Of a DNA stretch of 64,000 bases, positions 51,686-61,756 are shown in pieces. The notes beneath the pieces are model-generated. The model was not told the origin of the DNA and did no database searches. It saw only the letters and a list, made by a program, of their open reading frames with translations. The stretch is from Candidatus Omnitrophota bacterium (GTDB lineage: Bacteria > Omnitrophota > Gorgyraeia > Zapsychrales > JANLHA01): the NCBI GenBank assembly GCA_029560465.1, contig JAKQKX010000016.1, positions 1,248 to 65,247 on the forward strand, given 5' to 3'. The position numbers were made by a program, and so were the translations under genes. The number at the start of each line of letters is the position of its first letter. Within the stretch, counting starts at the first letter, position 1.

Positions 51686-52525
51686 ATGAAATCATCCCTA
51701 AAAAAACCGCAACCCAAAGATCCTTTCATCGCCCTTATGTTTTCTTTCATTTTCCCCGGCTTCGGGCAGATATACGCGGGGAGAATCAAAAGAGGCATTT
51801 TCTTCTCCTTGGCGCATTTAAATTTTATCCTCGCCTTACTGTTGGTTATATTCCATCCCACACAGAAATTAAATCAGCATATTTTATGGCCTGCCTTTCT
51901 TTTCATCCTTTTTGAGATCTTCGTCGTCCTGGACGCGTACATTTACACCCTGAGTTTAAAGTATCCCTTTAAAAAAACGTTCGTCCGGGTCGTCCTGATC
52001 CCTCTCGCCACCGTGATCTTCGTGCTTGTCTTTAATTTGAACATCCTTTTGGCGGAAATCGTGAATAAATTTATTGTGCTGGCGCCCAGGATCGTGTCGA
52101 ATTCCATGAGCCCCGTGTTGGTGGAAGAGGACTGGTTTCTCGTGAACAGGTTCCAATATCTGGCGGGGGCGCCGGAGCGGGGGGACATTGTGTTTTTTGT
52201 TTTTCCGAAAGACCAGAGCAGGGTTGTTGTCAAAAGGCTGATTGCCAAGGAGGGTGAGTCCGTCGAAATCAGGGACGGCCATATTTATGTCAATAACCAG
52301 CTCGTCAAAACTTCCGGCACTGCCGATATTTATTATTTTAACGGGGGCGATTACGGCCAGGCCAATCAGGTGATAAACGTGCCTCGGGGCCAGTACTATG
52401 TTCTGGGTGATTACAGCGAGAAAAGCACGGACAGCCGCTTCTGGGGGTTTGTCCCGAGAAAAAACATTATCGGGAAAGCCTATAAAATAGTTTTTCCTTT
52501 TGAGCGTTCCGGGTTTATCCAATGA
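51686..52525 (+). CDS. lepB: Signal peptidase I with extra N-terminal TM domain
   Basis: SNSMSP, RGDIV, VKRLIA, GD..S-x-DSRFWG; N-terminal FPGFGQIYAG multi-TM module. Confidence 0.88.
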   Translation: MKSSLKKPQPKDPFIALMFSFIFPGFGQIYAGRIKRGIFFSLAHLNFILALLLVIFHPTQKLNQHILWPAFLFILFEIFVVLDAYIYTLSLKYPFKKTFVRVVLIPLATVIFVLVFNLNILLAEIVNKFIVLAPRIVSNSMSPVLVEEDWFLVNRFQYLAGAPERGDIVFFVFPKDQSRVVVKRLIAKEGESVEIRDGHIYVNNQLVKTSGTADIYYFNGGDYGQANQVINVPRGQYYVLGDYSEKSTDSRFWGFVPRKNIIGKAYKIVFPFERSGFIQ

Positions 52526-52649
52526 GCATTTAGTTGAGACGACCCAAGCGAGCGTAAACTAGAAATGCGAATTGATCCTGAGTGCGAGAGAGCTAAAGCG
52601 AACGCGGCGAAGGATGTTGGTTTACTGCTGATTAAAGGGGACGAAGACC

Positions 52650-53942
52650 ATGGGCCTTAACGCGGTTTTAACAAAGTCCTTGCGAAGTTACCTTTCCGGC
52701 CGGGACAGCCAATATGTGTTTCAGAAATTTGATCCGGCCGTGGATGCGTTTTCGTTTCCGCCGCGGGGCGGGTTGTATCTTCACATCCCGTTTTGCAAGA
52801 ACCTGTGCCCGTATTGCCCTTATTTTAAGATCCCCTATGAAGCGGAAAAGGCGCGGCAATATAAAGAGGCGGTGCGCAAAGAAATCCGTATGTATGGCCG
52901 GATGCTTCCGGGCGCCCGGTTTACTTCTTTGTATGTCGGCGGGGGCACGCCGACATTAATGATTGATGAATTGTTTGAGATTATAGGCGAGTTAAGAAAT
53001 AATTTTAATTTTGACGGGCCGATCGGACTGGAGACGTCGCCCGGAGATATCACCGAAACCAATTTAGCCAAGTTGCGGGCTTTGGGCGTGAACCTGTTGA
53101 GTGTCGGCGTGCAGAGTTTTCAGGACAGGTTTCTGCGCAGTATTGGAAGAAATTATGGCGGGGAGGAGATTGCCCGTGCCTTGGGGGCGCTAAAGAAGTT
53201 CAAATTTGACACGGTTAATTTTGACCTGATTTTTGTTCTGCCCCGGCAAACGATGCGCGCCCTGGAAGATGATATCCGGAAAGCGCTTGGCTTTCGCCCG
53301 GACCAGATAACATATTATCCCTTGTTCACTTTTCCCTATACCTCCATCGGGGAGTATAGAAAATTGAAGGGGTTAAAACTCCCTAATGTGTTTAAACGGA
53401 GGGCCATGTATTACCGTATTTATGACGTCCTTTCGCGGGAAGGATACGCGCCGACCTCGGTCTGGTCGTTTAACCGGAAAGGCACGGTGCCTTATTCTTC
53501 CGTGACGCGGGATTTTTTTCTCGGGCTGGGGGCGGGGGCCGGAACGTATACCAGGGAAGGGTTTTATTTTAATATTTTTTCTGTTGAACATTATAACGCG
53601 TTCTTAAACCAGGAGAAGCGTTTGCCGTTAGCCCTGAAAATGAACGTTTCCGAACGGATGGCGAAATTGTTTTGGCTTTACTGGCGTTTTTATGAAACAA
53701 AGGTCCCCTTTGAGGATTATCGCCGGCTTTTCGGGCGGGATTTAGAAGAAGATTTTGCCGCGGTTTTCAAAGTTGTTAAGTTGTTGAGCCTGGCTGACGA
53801 CCAGAAGGGGCCGGTGTTAAGGCTGAATAAGGCGGGCTCGCATTGGATTCATTTGTTGCAGAATTATTTCGCTTTGAATTATGTCAGCAAAATCTGGAAG
53901 ATATGCAAGGACAATCCACTGCCCCAACAGATCGCGATTTAA
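52650..53942 (+). CDS. HemN-like (class C) radical SAM protein
   Basis: LYLHIPFCKNLCPYC, YVGGGTPT, SVGVQSF, GLGAGA. Confidence 0.9.
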   Translation: MGLNAVLTKSLRSYLSGRDSQYVFQKFDPAVDAFSFPPRGGLYLHIPFCKNLCPYCPYFKIPYEAEKARQYKEAVRKEIRMYGRMLPGARFTSLYVGGGTPTLMIDELFEIIGELRNNFNFDGPIGLETSPGDITETNLAKLRALGVNLLSVGVQSFQDRFLRSIGRNYGGEEIARALGALKKFKFDTVNFDLIFVLPRQTMRALEDDIRKALGFRPDQITYYPLFTFPYTSIGEYRKLKGLKLPNVFKRRAMYYRIYDVLSREGYAPTSVWSFNRKGTVPYSSVTRDFFLGLGAGAGTYTREGFYFNIFSVEHYNAFLNQEKRLPLALKMNVSERMAKLFWLYWRFYETKVPFEDYRRLFGRDLEEDFAAVFKVVKLLSLADDQKGPVLRLNKAGSHWIHLLQNYFALNYVSKIWKICKDNPLPQQIAI

Positions 53943-53943
53943 T

Positions 53944-54843
53944 ATGGTCATAAAGAAAATTTTTTATTATATAAAATGGCTCGTGAGGTGTCAGGTCCTG
54001 GGGGAAAGAATCCCATTGAACAGCTCGATTATTTTGACGGATAAATGCAATCTCCATTGCAAACACTGCGTTGTGGCCCACCTGGGGTATAACGACCAGA
54101 ATTTTTCTGCGGTGCAGTCGGATATTAAAAAGCTGTATCTTGCCGGTTCGCGTGTGCTTGTCATAACCGGAGGGGAACCGTTTTTGTGGCGGGATAAAAA
54201 TTTTTTTATGGAAGATGTTGTCCAGTACGCTAAAAAGCTGGGATTCTTTCGCGTTGTAATTTGCACAAACGGGACGTTCCCGCTCGCGTCAGAGGCCGAT
54301 TATCTTTGGGTCAGCCTGGACGGATTCCCGAAAGAACATAATTTGATGCGGGGGGACATTTATTCCCGGGTGGTCCATAATATTGTCACTTCGCCGCACA
54401 AAAGAATTTATATTAATTTTACTATCAGCCGGGTCAATGCCGATGATTTTGAAAAGGCCGCGGAGAGGATTTTTAAACTAAAGAATGTCCGTGGCATTTT
54501 GTTCCATTTGTTTACCCCGTATTTAGGGTCGGAGAAAAGTTTAACGCTCCCTGCGGCAGAGAGGGGCGAGGTTGTCCGAAAAATTTATGACATCAAGAAA
54601 AGGCATCCCTGGAAGGTTTTTAATACTTTTGACGGCATTAAGGCCTTAAGAGATGACCGCTGGCCGCGGCGGGTCTGGGGGAGCCTGACCATCAATCAGG
54701 GGGAGATGGTCCCGTGTTGCTGCCGGAAAGGGATTTATGACGGGGCCGTATGTAAAAATTGCGGTTGCACGCCGGCGGTGGAAACCTGGGTTTTGCAAAC
54801 AGCCAAACCGCTGGCGTTGTTGGAAAACCTGAGATTCATTTAG
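53944..54843 (+). CDS. Radical SAM protein with Cys-rich C-terminus
   Basis: CNLHCKHC, TGGEPF, TNG, VSLDG; C-terminal CCC..C-x-x-CGC. Confidence 0.9.
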   Translation: MVIKKIFYYIKWLVRCQVLGERIPLNSSIILTDKCNLHCKHCVVAHLGYNDQNFSAVQSDIKKLYLAGSRVLVITGGEPFLWRDKNFFMEDVVQYAKKLGFFRVVICTNGTFPLASEADYLWVSLDGFPKEHNLMRGDIYSRVVHNIVTSPHKRIYINFTISRVNADDFEKAAERIFKLKNVRGILFHLFTPYLGSEKSLTLPAAERGEVVRKIYDIKKRHPWKVFNTFDGIKALRDDRWPRRVWGSLTINQGEMVPCCCRKGIYDGAVCKNCGCTPAVETWVLQTAKPLALLENLRFI

Positions 54844-54994
54844 CTCTTTATGCGCCAATATTTTAGATTAATTGATTGCGGGGGACTTTTTGGGGGGTGT
54901 AAAATGAGGAGGTTTTTGATAACACGCGAGTTCCCGTAATTTCTTATCGTTGTTTTATTATAAAAAGCAGGCTAACTTTGGATGGAGGTGGGTC

Positions 54995-55546
54995 ATGAAG
55001 GGTCCAAGAAGACTTGGTTTATGTCTCGTCGTGTTCTTGCTGGGATGGGCTGCCGCGGGGGCGGCCAATGAAATTAAAGTTGATGTCAGGGGGGATGTTT
55101 ATGACCAGAACGGCGAATATTTTCTGGATTTCAGCCAGATTCCATCAAGAATTAAGACATTGAGTGAAGCGGTTCCCCAAAAGGCCGAATATGAGTCTGA
55201 CGTGGAATACGCCGCGAAGGTACAACCCTATGAAAACAAGTTGTCAGAACTTTACGATTCGGAATACAGCATTACGTTAACGCCGCAACTGCTCGCCTCC
55301 AGCCCAGAGGTTGAATTTTACCGCTTTGTTTTAAACTTCCCCTTTCCGATTTACAGGAAAGACAACTTTATCAGCACGCAATCCTTAGAATACATTTATG
55401 AAGTCCCTCAAGAGGAGATAAAAACAATTGGAGGGAAAAAGGACGACATGAAAATTAAATTGTATTTTAAGATTTTACAGGACAAGACGGTTGCGATACA
55501 AAAGGTGATTTTGATATTTAATAACAAAAAGATGCGTCAATGGTAA
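54995..55546 (+). CDS. Hypothetical exported protein
   Basis: GGAGGT RBS; signal peptide (AAAGAA-NE). Confidence 0.65.
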   Translation: MKGPRRLGLCLVVFLLGWAAAGAANEIKVDVRGDVYDQNGEYFLDFSQIPSRIKTLSEAVPQKAEYESDVEYAAKVQPYENKLSELYDSEYSITLTPQLLASSPEVEFYRFVLNFPFPIYRKDNFISTQSLEYIYEVPQEEIKTIGGKKDDMKIKLYFKILQDKTVAIQKVILIFNNKKMRQW

Positions 55547-55704
55547 TAGGATTGTTTTGATGGAAATGTCATCCCGAAAGAAATACGCCAGCATAACGTC
55601 TTTGCCTTGCCCCTAGTGTTGCCCTGGAGGAGGGAGGAAACAGTTCAGCCGAGCCTTTTCCCGAGCGTTGTTAGAATTATTAAATCTGCTTCCTCAAACA
55701 TGTT

Positions 55705-56769
55705 ATGAAGCGCCCTTTTTATCAATCCATACGGTCCATTTTTACGGAGTACTATGTCTCTTTGGAAGACGGCGTGGCGGAAGCCCGGCGCCATCCCCTG
55801 CCCCCGGAGGACCTTGAGCGTGTTCAGGCCAGAATTCAGGAAAAATGGAACGCCTTTTGGCGCGTTCCTCTGTTGGCGGATACGCCAGATCCGGAGATGT
55901 ATCTGAATAACGTACAAAAGACGCTGCGCGCCGAAGGATATTGTTTGGATATCACCCCTCAATACGGGCTTGACGCCGGAGGATTGAATTTTGAGATAAT
56001 CAACCATATAAGCTTGAGGCCGGTCCTGGAACGGACGCGAAGGAAGGCCAGGGCCGGGGGCCAGGAGATCGAATATGAAGAATTCCTCCTTGGAGAAAAT
56101 TTGATAAAGGTTCCCCCTTTTATCGAGCCGATTTTGGAAAGCGCGTCTGCGTCCGAAGTGATGATTTTTACCGATGATTTGAAAGAAAGCTTAGATAATG
56201 ATTATGCCCTGTTCGAAGATTATTGGGAAGAATCCCAGCGGCATTATCAGAAGGGCCTTGTTTCCGCGGACAATCTGTGTTGTGTGACCCTGCGGTTGCA
56301 TAAACGCCAGTGGGGGACGGGACGCCCGGGGCCTGAGGCCCAGAACCTTTTGATGGAACACTTCCGGCGGCACGGTGAACAACATGTGGCGGACTTCAAT
56401 TTGATCAATACGGGAACACTGAAATTTTCGCTGGAAGACCCGGCCTTGACGGAAGATTTAAACAAGGACAGCCTCCTGGAAGCCAGGGTCTTGCTGCAGC
56501 AATTGTTGAGAGGGTCTTTGCCGTATTATACATTGGGGCAGATCATTTTGTTTGAACGGGAATGGTTGACAGGATCCCGCTCGGAATACGCCTGGGCGGG
56601 GCACGTCCTGTTTGACGGCCTGCCCCGGGGGGTGGCCAACGGCCTTGACAATAGGGAGTTCTGGGTTACTGGAATTGAGGATGTGGCCGAAGAGGTGATT
56701 TGTCGCCTCGCGCTCGGGTTCGCGCGGAGAAACAGAAATTTTACGGACCTTTTGCCCCCAGGCCATTAA
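55705..56769 (+). CDS. Hypothetical protein
   Basis: 354-aa ORF in the same orientation as its neighbours; no recognised family. Confidence 0.6.
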   Translation: MKRPFYQSIRSIFTEYYVSLEDGVAEARRHPLPPEDLERVQARIQEKWNAFWRVPLLADTPDPEMYLNNVQKTLRAEGYCLDITPQYGLDAGGLNFEIINHISLRPVLERTRRKARAGGQEIEYEEFLLGENLIKVPPFIEPILESASASEVMIFTDDLKESLDNDYALFEDYWEESQRHYQKGLVSADNLCCVTLRLHKRQWGTGRPGPEAQNLLMEHFRRHGEQHVADFNLINTGTLKFSLEDPALTEDLNKDSLLEARVLLQQLLRGSLPYYTLGQIILFEREWLTGSRSEYAWAGHVLFDGLPRGVANGLDNREFWVTGIEDVAEEVICRLALGFARRNRNFTDLLPPGH

Positions 56770-56931
56770 AAGACGTGCGGTCTTTGACGGTTGATAAAAC
56801 ATGAAGGCGATGCGGCGAATGCGTTTTCGGAGGGGTCCGGAATGCGGTAGTTTTTATTTAGGAAAAAAACAGTTTTATATTTCAAGGGACGCCAAACCGG
56901 ATTATAGTGTTTATTAACAAAGGAGGGAAGA

Positions 56932-58797
56932 ATGAAAAAAATATTTTTTGTAACTTTGACACTGTGGATGACCATAGTGGTTTCGGCTTCCGCGGCACCG
57001 GTGGTTTTTTTTGATGACATCCCGGCGGGAAGAAACACGTTTGACACAAACATTTCGGCTGTTGGTGGCACCCAAACCAATGACGCCCTGTCAGGACTCG
57101 CAAGCGACGCCAATTCTTGGAGCAGGACGGGGTACACCATAACCTCGACAAACGGGGCCAGCAGAACCGTCGACACGACGTATTTGGCCACGCCCCAGCC
57201 CGGGAGTATCCCCGGCGGGGATGCTATCCAAATGACCGCGGATGGGACCACCACGTCCGGGTTGACGTTTACCTTCTCTTCTCCTATCAATGGATTTGGC
57301 ATTGATTTTGGCGATTGGGGTACATGCTGCCACCCTTCGACTATTTATATCTGCTTTGACGGTGGAGCGCCGATTGCCATCGGCACGGCGAACGCGACGA
57401 CGGATAATCCGGGCTTTGCCACCTATGGTGTGTTTGAAAATTTTATCGGCAGCATTGACGATTCCGGGACGTTTTCGGTCGTCACGCTTTACGGTACCGG
57501 GACCGGCGACGTCCTTTACGCTGGCGGCGTTATCCGTTACGCCATTGTGCCGATCGGCTCTATTTCCTCCCCGTCCTCTTCGCCCAGCTATCCCACAACG
57601 GTCAGTACCAGGCCGGTGAGCCCTTTGGCCAATTATCTGGATGAGTATGACGGCAGCGGGACGTTGCAGACGGTGGCCACGACCCTGGACGGCTATTCTG
57701 AATCCGAAGTGGAAGAGGCCCTGAAACACATTTTTCCCGTTGACAGCGTTTCAAGTTCCCGCGCCTCCATGGCCAATATTCAGAACGTCAATTCCTTGGT
57801 CCACGACAAAATCGGAACTGTCTTGGGCGGCATGGACACGGGCTCAAATTTTAACCAGGTTTTCAACCCTCATGCTGATCCGTATGGCTTGTCATCAACG
57901 GGGGGCGCTTTTGAGTCGTTCATGCAAGCGTTTTCGAACATCAATTATAAGCAATTTGAGAAAGGCGAAAGAGGGCTGTGGATCCAGGGGATGTTCGGTG
58001 GGAGTCAGGGCGAGCGCACTGATTACAGTAACGGGTATAACACGGAAAAGTACGGCGTCCTGGCCGGGTATGAATTCGCCGTTGATTCCAATCACCTGCT
58101 GGGGGTTTACGCCAACAGCCTTTATTCGGAAATCGATCTGACCCAGAACGCGGGGACGACGGAAATCAAAGATTATATATTCGGCGTGTACGGTCAGAAA
58201 ATAATGGATGCTTATAAACTATCAGCGACGATAGGTGGAGGAATCGCCCGGTATGATGCTATCAGGCATGTGGTCGTTGGGTCTGTGTCCGGAAGCCCCG
58301 AGGCCGAATACGACGGGAATCATTTTTCGTCCACCTTTTCCATCAGCCGGTTGTTCGAGCATAAAAACGTGCAGCTGGAACCTTTTTTGCAGACAGGATA
58401 TCTTTATAATAAAACAGACGGGTATACCGAGTCCAACGGGGGGTCGTTCAACATGCAGGTTGACGGGAATTCTTTCGCCCAGATGAATATCAAAGCCGGG
58501 ATGGCGTTTAAAAAAGATTTCCAAGCCAACGCAAAGACCGTTTCCATCAAGGTCCGGCCGTTTATTAATCACATTTTTGAAGTCGAAGACAGCGATGATA
58601 TCAATGTCAGGTTTATCGGAGCGTCAACCCAAACGACAATAAAAGGCCGGGATTCTTCCGTCACGGAAAGAGGAGCCAATTTTGAATTGAGTTGCCCTAT
58701 TAGCCCGATGTTTGGTTTAAAGGGATTTATAGATTACTCTTCTGATAAATATGAAGAAAGGTATGTGGGATTTTTAGAACTCAACGCGAAATTCTGA
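56932..58797 (+). CDS. Autotransporter: small beta-rich passenger plus C-terminal beta-barrel
   Basis: Signal peptide; GLWIQG start of the barrel, YTES..F-x-M-x-V, amphipathic strands, terminal Phe. Confidence 0.85.
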   Translation: MKKIFFVTLTLWMTIVVSASAAPVVFFDDIPAGRNTFDTNISAVGGTQTNDALSGLASDANSWSRTGYTITSTNGASRTVDTTYLATPQPGSIPGGDAIQMTADGTTTSGLTFTFSSPINGFGIDFGDWGTCCHPSTIYICFDGGAPIAIGTANATTDNPGFATYGVFENFIGSIDDSGTFSVVTLYGTGTGDVLYAGGVIRYAIVPIGSISSPSSSPSYPTTVSTRPVSPLANYLDEYDGSGTLQTVATTLDGYSESEVEEALKHIFPVDSVSSSRASMANIQNVNSLVHDKIGTVLGGMDTGSNFNQVFNPHADPYGLSSTGGAFESFMQAFSNINYKQFEKGERGLWIQGMFGGSQGERTDYSNGYNTEKYGVLAGYEFAVDSNHLLGVYANSLYSEIDLTQNAGTTEIKDYIFGVYGQKIMDAYKLSATIGGGIARYDAIRHVVVGSVSGSPEAEYDGNHFSSTFSISRLFEHKNVQLEPFLQTGYLYNKTDGYTESNGGSFNMQVDGNSFAQMNIKAGMAFKKDFQANAKTVSIKVRPFINHIFEVEDSDDINVRFIGASTQTTIKGRDSSVTERGANFELSCPISPMFGLKGFIDYSSDKYEERYVGFLELNAKF

Positions 58798-58814
58798 TAA
58801 TACCCCTTTTCGGC

Positions 58815-59357
58815 ATGATCAAACGAACGTTGGGTTTCTTCCTGTTTTTCTGGGTCATGGTCATCGGCGCCGGCCAGGCGACGATGTTCTGGCGTCCGGC
58901 CGAGGCGGCCATGGAGAGGGTGTATGAGATCCTTGACCCGGAAACTCCGGACATATCGTTGCCCGGCGGCCTTTCTGAAGAGATTCGCGCGCGCCTTCAA
59001 AAGAGCGGCCAAGCCATGCCGTTGGGCGAATATCCCTCAGAAAACCTATCAACGCTCGCGTGGGAAGCGCTTAAAGCTCGGGAGGTCACAAAAGTAGAAG
59101 CGGCGGCTTTTTGGTGCCTTGAGGTTTATGGCGAAGAAGCCGGAAAGCTGCAGGCGGAGTTTGACGCGGACAATAACCAATATTATACCGTCCTGATGAC
59201 CCCGGGTCTGACGACTATGCGGCCGTTAGTTTATGCCGGGGAAGCGCTTTGGGCTTTAGGCGAGGCTTATCGTCAGGCCGGACGGGAGGAGGAAGCCGTC
59301 ATCGTTTACAGCGAATTGATCCGCAATTATTATCTCAGCGCCACGGAGAGGCATTAA
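58815..59357 (+). CDS. Exported helical/TPR-like hypothetical protein, possibly C-terminally truncated
   Basis: Signal peptide; ALWALGEAY..G..EEA..Y..LI TPR-like unit right at the end. Confidence 0.55.
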   Translation: MIKRTLGFFLFFWVMVIGAGQATMFWRPAEAAMERVYEILDPETPDISLPGGLSEEIRARLQKSGQAMPLGEYPSENLSTLAWEALKAREVTKVEAAAFWCLEVYGEEAGKLQAEFDADNNQYYTVLMTPGLTTMRPLVYAGEALWALGEAYRQAGREEEAVIVYSELIRNYYLSATERH

Positions 59358-59381
59358 GAGCAGGAAAGGTTTTGAAATAAC

Positions 59382-59460
59382 ATCCTTATCTTTGTGAGTC
59401 CGCGGGATGGGCCGAATGACAATTCAGCCGGAAACCCGCTCACGAAGTAAGGATTTTTTT
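59382..59460 (+). terminator. Long imperfect hairpin with T-tract
   Basis: ATCCTTA(T)CTTTGTGAG..CTCACGAAGTAAGGAT with inner CGGG/CCCG, GGC/GCC and GAAT/ATTC pairs, then TTTTTT. Confidence 0.55.
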
Positions 59461-59748
59461 ATTTATGTTAGATATCGGGCAAATTAACGTCAGTAATAGT
59501 TCGCAGAAGAAGGCGTGGTCATGTTGTTTTGCGGTGTGACCTCGCCTTCTTTTTTCTTGCCATTCTCAAAAGTTGGAACACAGATAAAAATATCCTGTAA
59601 TATCCGCACGCAGTATAATTATTTATGTCCTTGTTATCATCAGAAACAAATAATAAAATATAGAAAACTTTGCGGAAACACAGGCTGCTTTCATAAGGGG
59701 ATTCCGTGCCGGTGAAAGGTGCCCCAGGACAGGGAAAGGATGTGTGAC

Positions 59749-60858
59749 ATGGGCCTCTATGTTTGGAAATACGGATATCGAAAAATATTAGAACCTTGGG
59801 CTGAAAAATTCGCCTGGCTTGACCCGGATATCGTGAGTTACGCGGCGTTAATTATTTCGGGTTTTACCGCCGGCTGTTATGTCCTGGCCGCCGAATACCC
59901 GGTTCTCTTATTATTAGCCATCCTCCTGATTTTTACGCGGATGACCATGAACACAATCGACGGCGTGATGGCGATACAGCAGGGGAAAACAACTTTAGCC
60001 GGAGAAATCGTGAACGCCTTGCCGGACCGGTACGCGGATGTTGTGCTACTTTTGGGGTTGGTTTATTGCCCTTTTTGCCGGCAGGATTTGGCGATTTTCG
60101 CCATGGGCACGGTTTTTTTAGTGAGTTATACCGGGATGCTTGGGAAAGCCATTGGAGTGAGCTGGCAGCACCACGGGCCTTTGGGGAAGGTCGAACGGCT
60201 GATTCTTCTTATGGTGTTTACTTTAATTCAGTTATTTTCCCCCGCCCTTTCCTTCTTGGGCTTTAGCTTGAGCCCTCTTTCCTGGTGCATGGTGTTCTAT
60301 ATTATTCTTGGGCAGATAACGGTGTTTAACAGGCTGCGGGGACAGCTGCGGGAAGTGTGTTTAAAGGAATGGCCGGCCAGCCGGGAGCGGCAGGCTGTCG
60401 CCGGGAGGGCTTTGGTTGTATATGATTCGCAAACCGGAAACACAAAGATCATCGCGGAAAGAATAGCGTCAACATTATCGGTAAAGTGCTGTTCGGTGAA
60501 AGAACCTTTTGATGACAGGCTGTATGACTTGGCTATTTTTTGTACTCCTAATATCCGGGGGAATTGCACCGCGCGCATGGTGGAGTTCCTTAAGAAAACG
60601 CCCCCTCGATTTAATTATTACGGTATTGTCGTGAGTTATGGGGCGCCCCTTTGGGGCTGGCCGACAGCCGTTAAAACCGGGTGGTCTGTGGCAAGCCGGC
60701 TGGGCGGCCGGCCGTTAAAATGTTTTTTGGTTAAGGGGTATCACGCGAAATTTAAAACTTATAAAGGGCGGCCGAATCGGGCGGATCAGGACAAGGCCGC
60801 CGTGTTCGCCGTAAGTGTCGCGCGCAAAATGATCAAAAGGAGCGCCTATGAACAATGA
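59749..60858 (+). CDS. YnbA-like CDP-alcohol phosphatidyltransferase fused to a flavodoxin-like domain
   Basis: NTIDGVMA..GEIVNALPDRYAD and GPLGK-x-ER; C-terminal VVYDSQTGNTKIIAERIA..KGRPN-x-x-D. Confidence 0.85.
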   Translation: MGLYVWKYGYRKILEPWAEKFAWLDPDIVSYAALIISGFTAGCYVLAAEYPVLLLLAILLIFTRMTMNTIDGVMAIQQGKTTLAGEIVNALPDRYADVVLLLGLVYCPFCRQDLAIFAMGTVFLVSYTGMLGKAIGVSWQHHGPLGKVERLILLMVFTLIQLFSPALSFLGFSLSPLSWCMVFYIILGQITVFNRLRGQLREVCLKEWPASRERQAVAGRALVVYDSQTGNTKIIAERIASTLSVKCCSVKEPFDDRLYDLAIFCTPNIRGNCTARMVEFLKKTPPRFNYYGIVVSYGAPLWGWPTAVKTGWSVASRLGGRPLKCFLVKGYHAKFKTYKGRPNRADQDKAAVFAVSVARKMIKRSAYEQ

Positions 60859-61756
60859 CGCCAGGACAGTTGTGTGGATTGCCGGTTCCCTCCTGGGGAT
60901 TTTTGGCCTGATCGTGATCATCTGGTCCGGCATCGCCAAAGCCCGCGGGCAGAATGTTAAAACCATCTGGACGCGTTATCTCGCGTGGTTTTTGATCGCG
61001 CCGCCGCTGATTATCCCGTTGATTTGGGGGAGGGTCCCTTTTATTATTTTGATGGGGTTCCTTTCGCTTTTGTGTTTCCGGGAATACGCTCATGCCGTCG
61101 GCTTGTGGCGGGACAAGGCCCTCATGTGGATTTGCTATATAGGGATTGCCTGCATCTACGGGCCCATTTTTGGTTTTGAATACGGGATATTTCAGGCCAT
61201 GCCCATTTATGTGATCGCCTTTATCTTGACCATCCCGATGCACCGGGATGAATACGAGCACATGATTCAAAAAATCTGCCTGGCGGTCCTAGGGGTTGTT
61301 TATTTCGGATGGTTTTTTTCCCACCTGGCGTATTTGCGCAACCTTTCCTACGGGATGTTGGCCACTTTTTTGCTCATCCTGCTCGTGGAAAGCAATGATG
61401 CCTGCGCGTACCTCTGGGGCATGGTGTTTGGCAAACACAAATTGATCCCGCGGTTAAGCCCGAATAAAACTGTGGAAGGCATGTTCGGCGCAACCATTTC
61501 CGTGGTCGGGTTGGCGTTCGCTTTTAGGTTTCTTATCCCGTTCGTTTCCGCGGCGCACCTCGTTGTCCTGGCGTTTGCCGTGTCCGTGTTTGGCATGTGC
61601 GGGGATCTGACGATTTCGTTCATAAAGCGGGATTTAAAAATCAAAGACATGGGGAATTTGATCCCCGGGCACGGCGGATTGCTGGACCGGTTTGACAGTA
61701 TTATTTTTACCGCCCCGATCTTTTTTCATTTTTTGAGGTACCTTTATGGAGAATGA
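60848..61756 (+). CDS. Phosphatidate cytidylyltransferase (YnbB/CdsA family)
   Basis: SND..AY..G..FGKHKL..SPNKTVEG, GDL..S-x-IKRD..IKD-x-G..IPGHGGLLDRFDS. Confidence 0.93.
   Translation: MNNDARTVVWIAGSLLGIFGLIVIIWSGIAKARGQNVKTIWTRYLAWFLIAPPLIIPLIWGRVPFIILMGFLSLLCFREYAHAVGLWRDKALMWICYIGIACIYGPIFGFEYGIFQAMPIYVIAFILTIPMHRDEYEHMIQKICLAVLGVVYFGWFFSHLAYLRNLSYGMLATFLLILLVESNDACAYLWGMVFGKHKLIPRLSPNKTVEGMFGATISVVGLAFAFRFLIPFVSAAHLVVLAFAVSVFGMCGDLTISFIKRDLKIKDMGNLIPGHGGLLDRFDSIIFTAPIFFHFLRYLYGE

Noticed and set aside
55591-55676. GCATAAC..GTTAGAA as a second attC site
   Set aside because: The inner L boxes are not complementary.
56886-56898. GGGACGCCAAACC resembling part of a c-di-GMP-I riboswitch
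   Set aside because: The upstream GGCAAA/GNRA hairpin and downstream receptor helix are absent.
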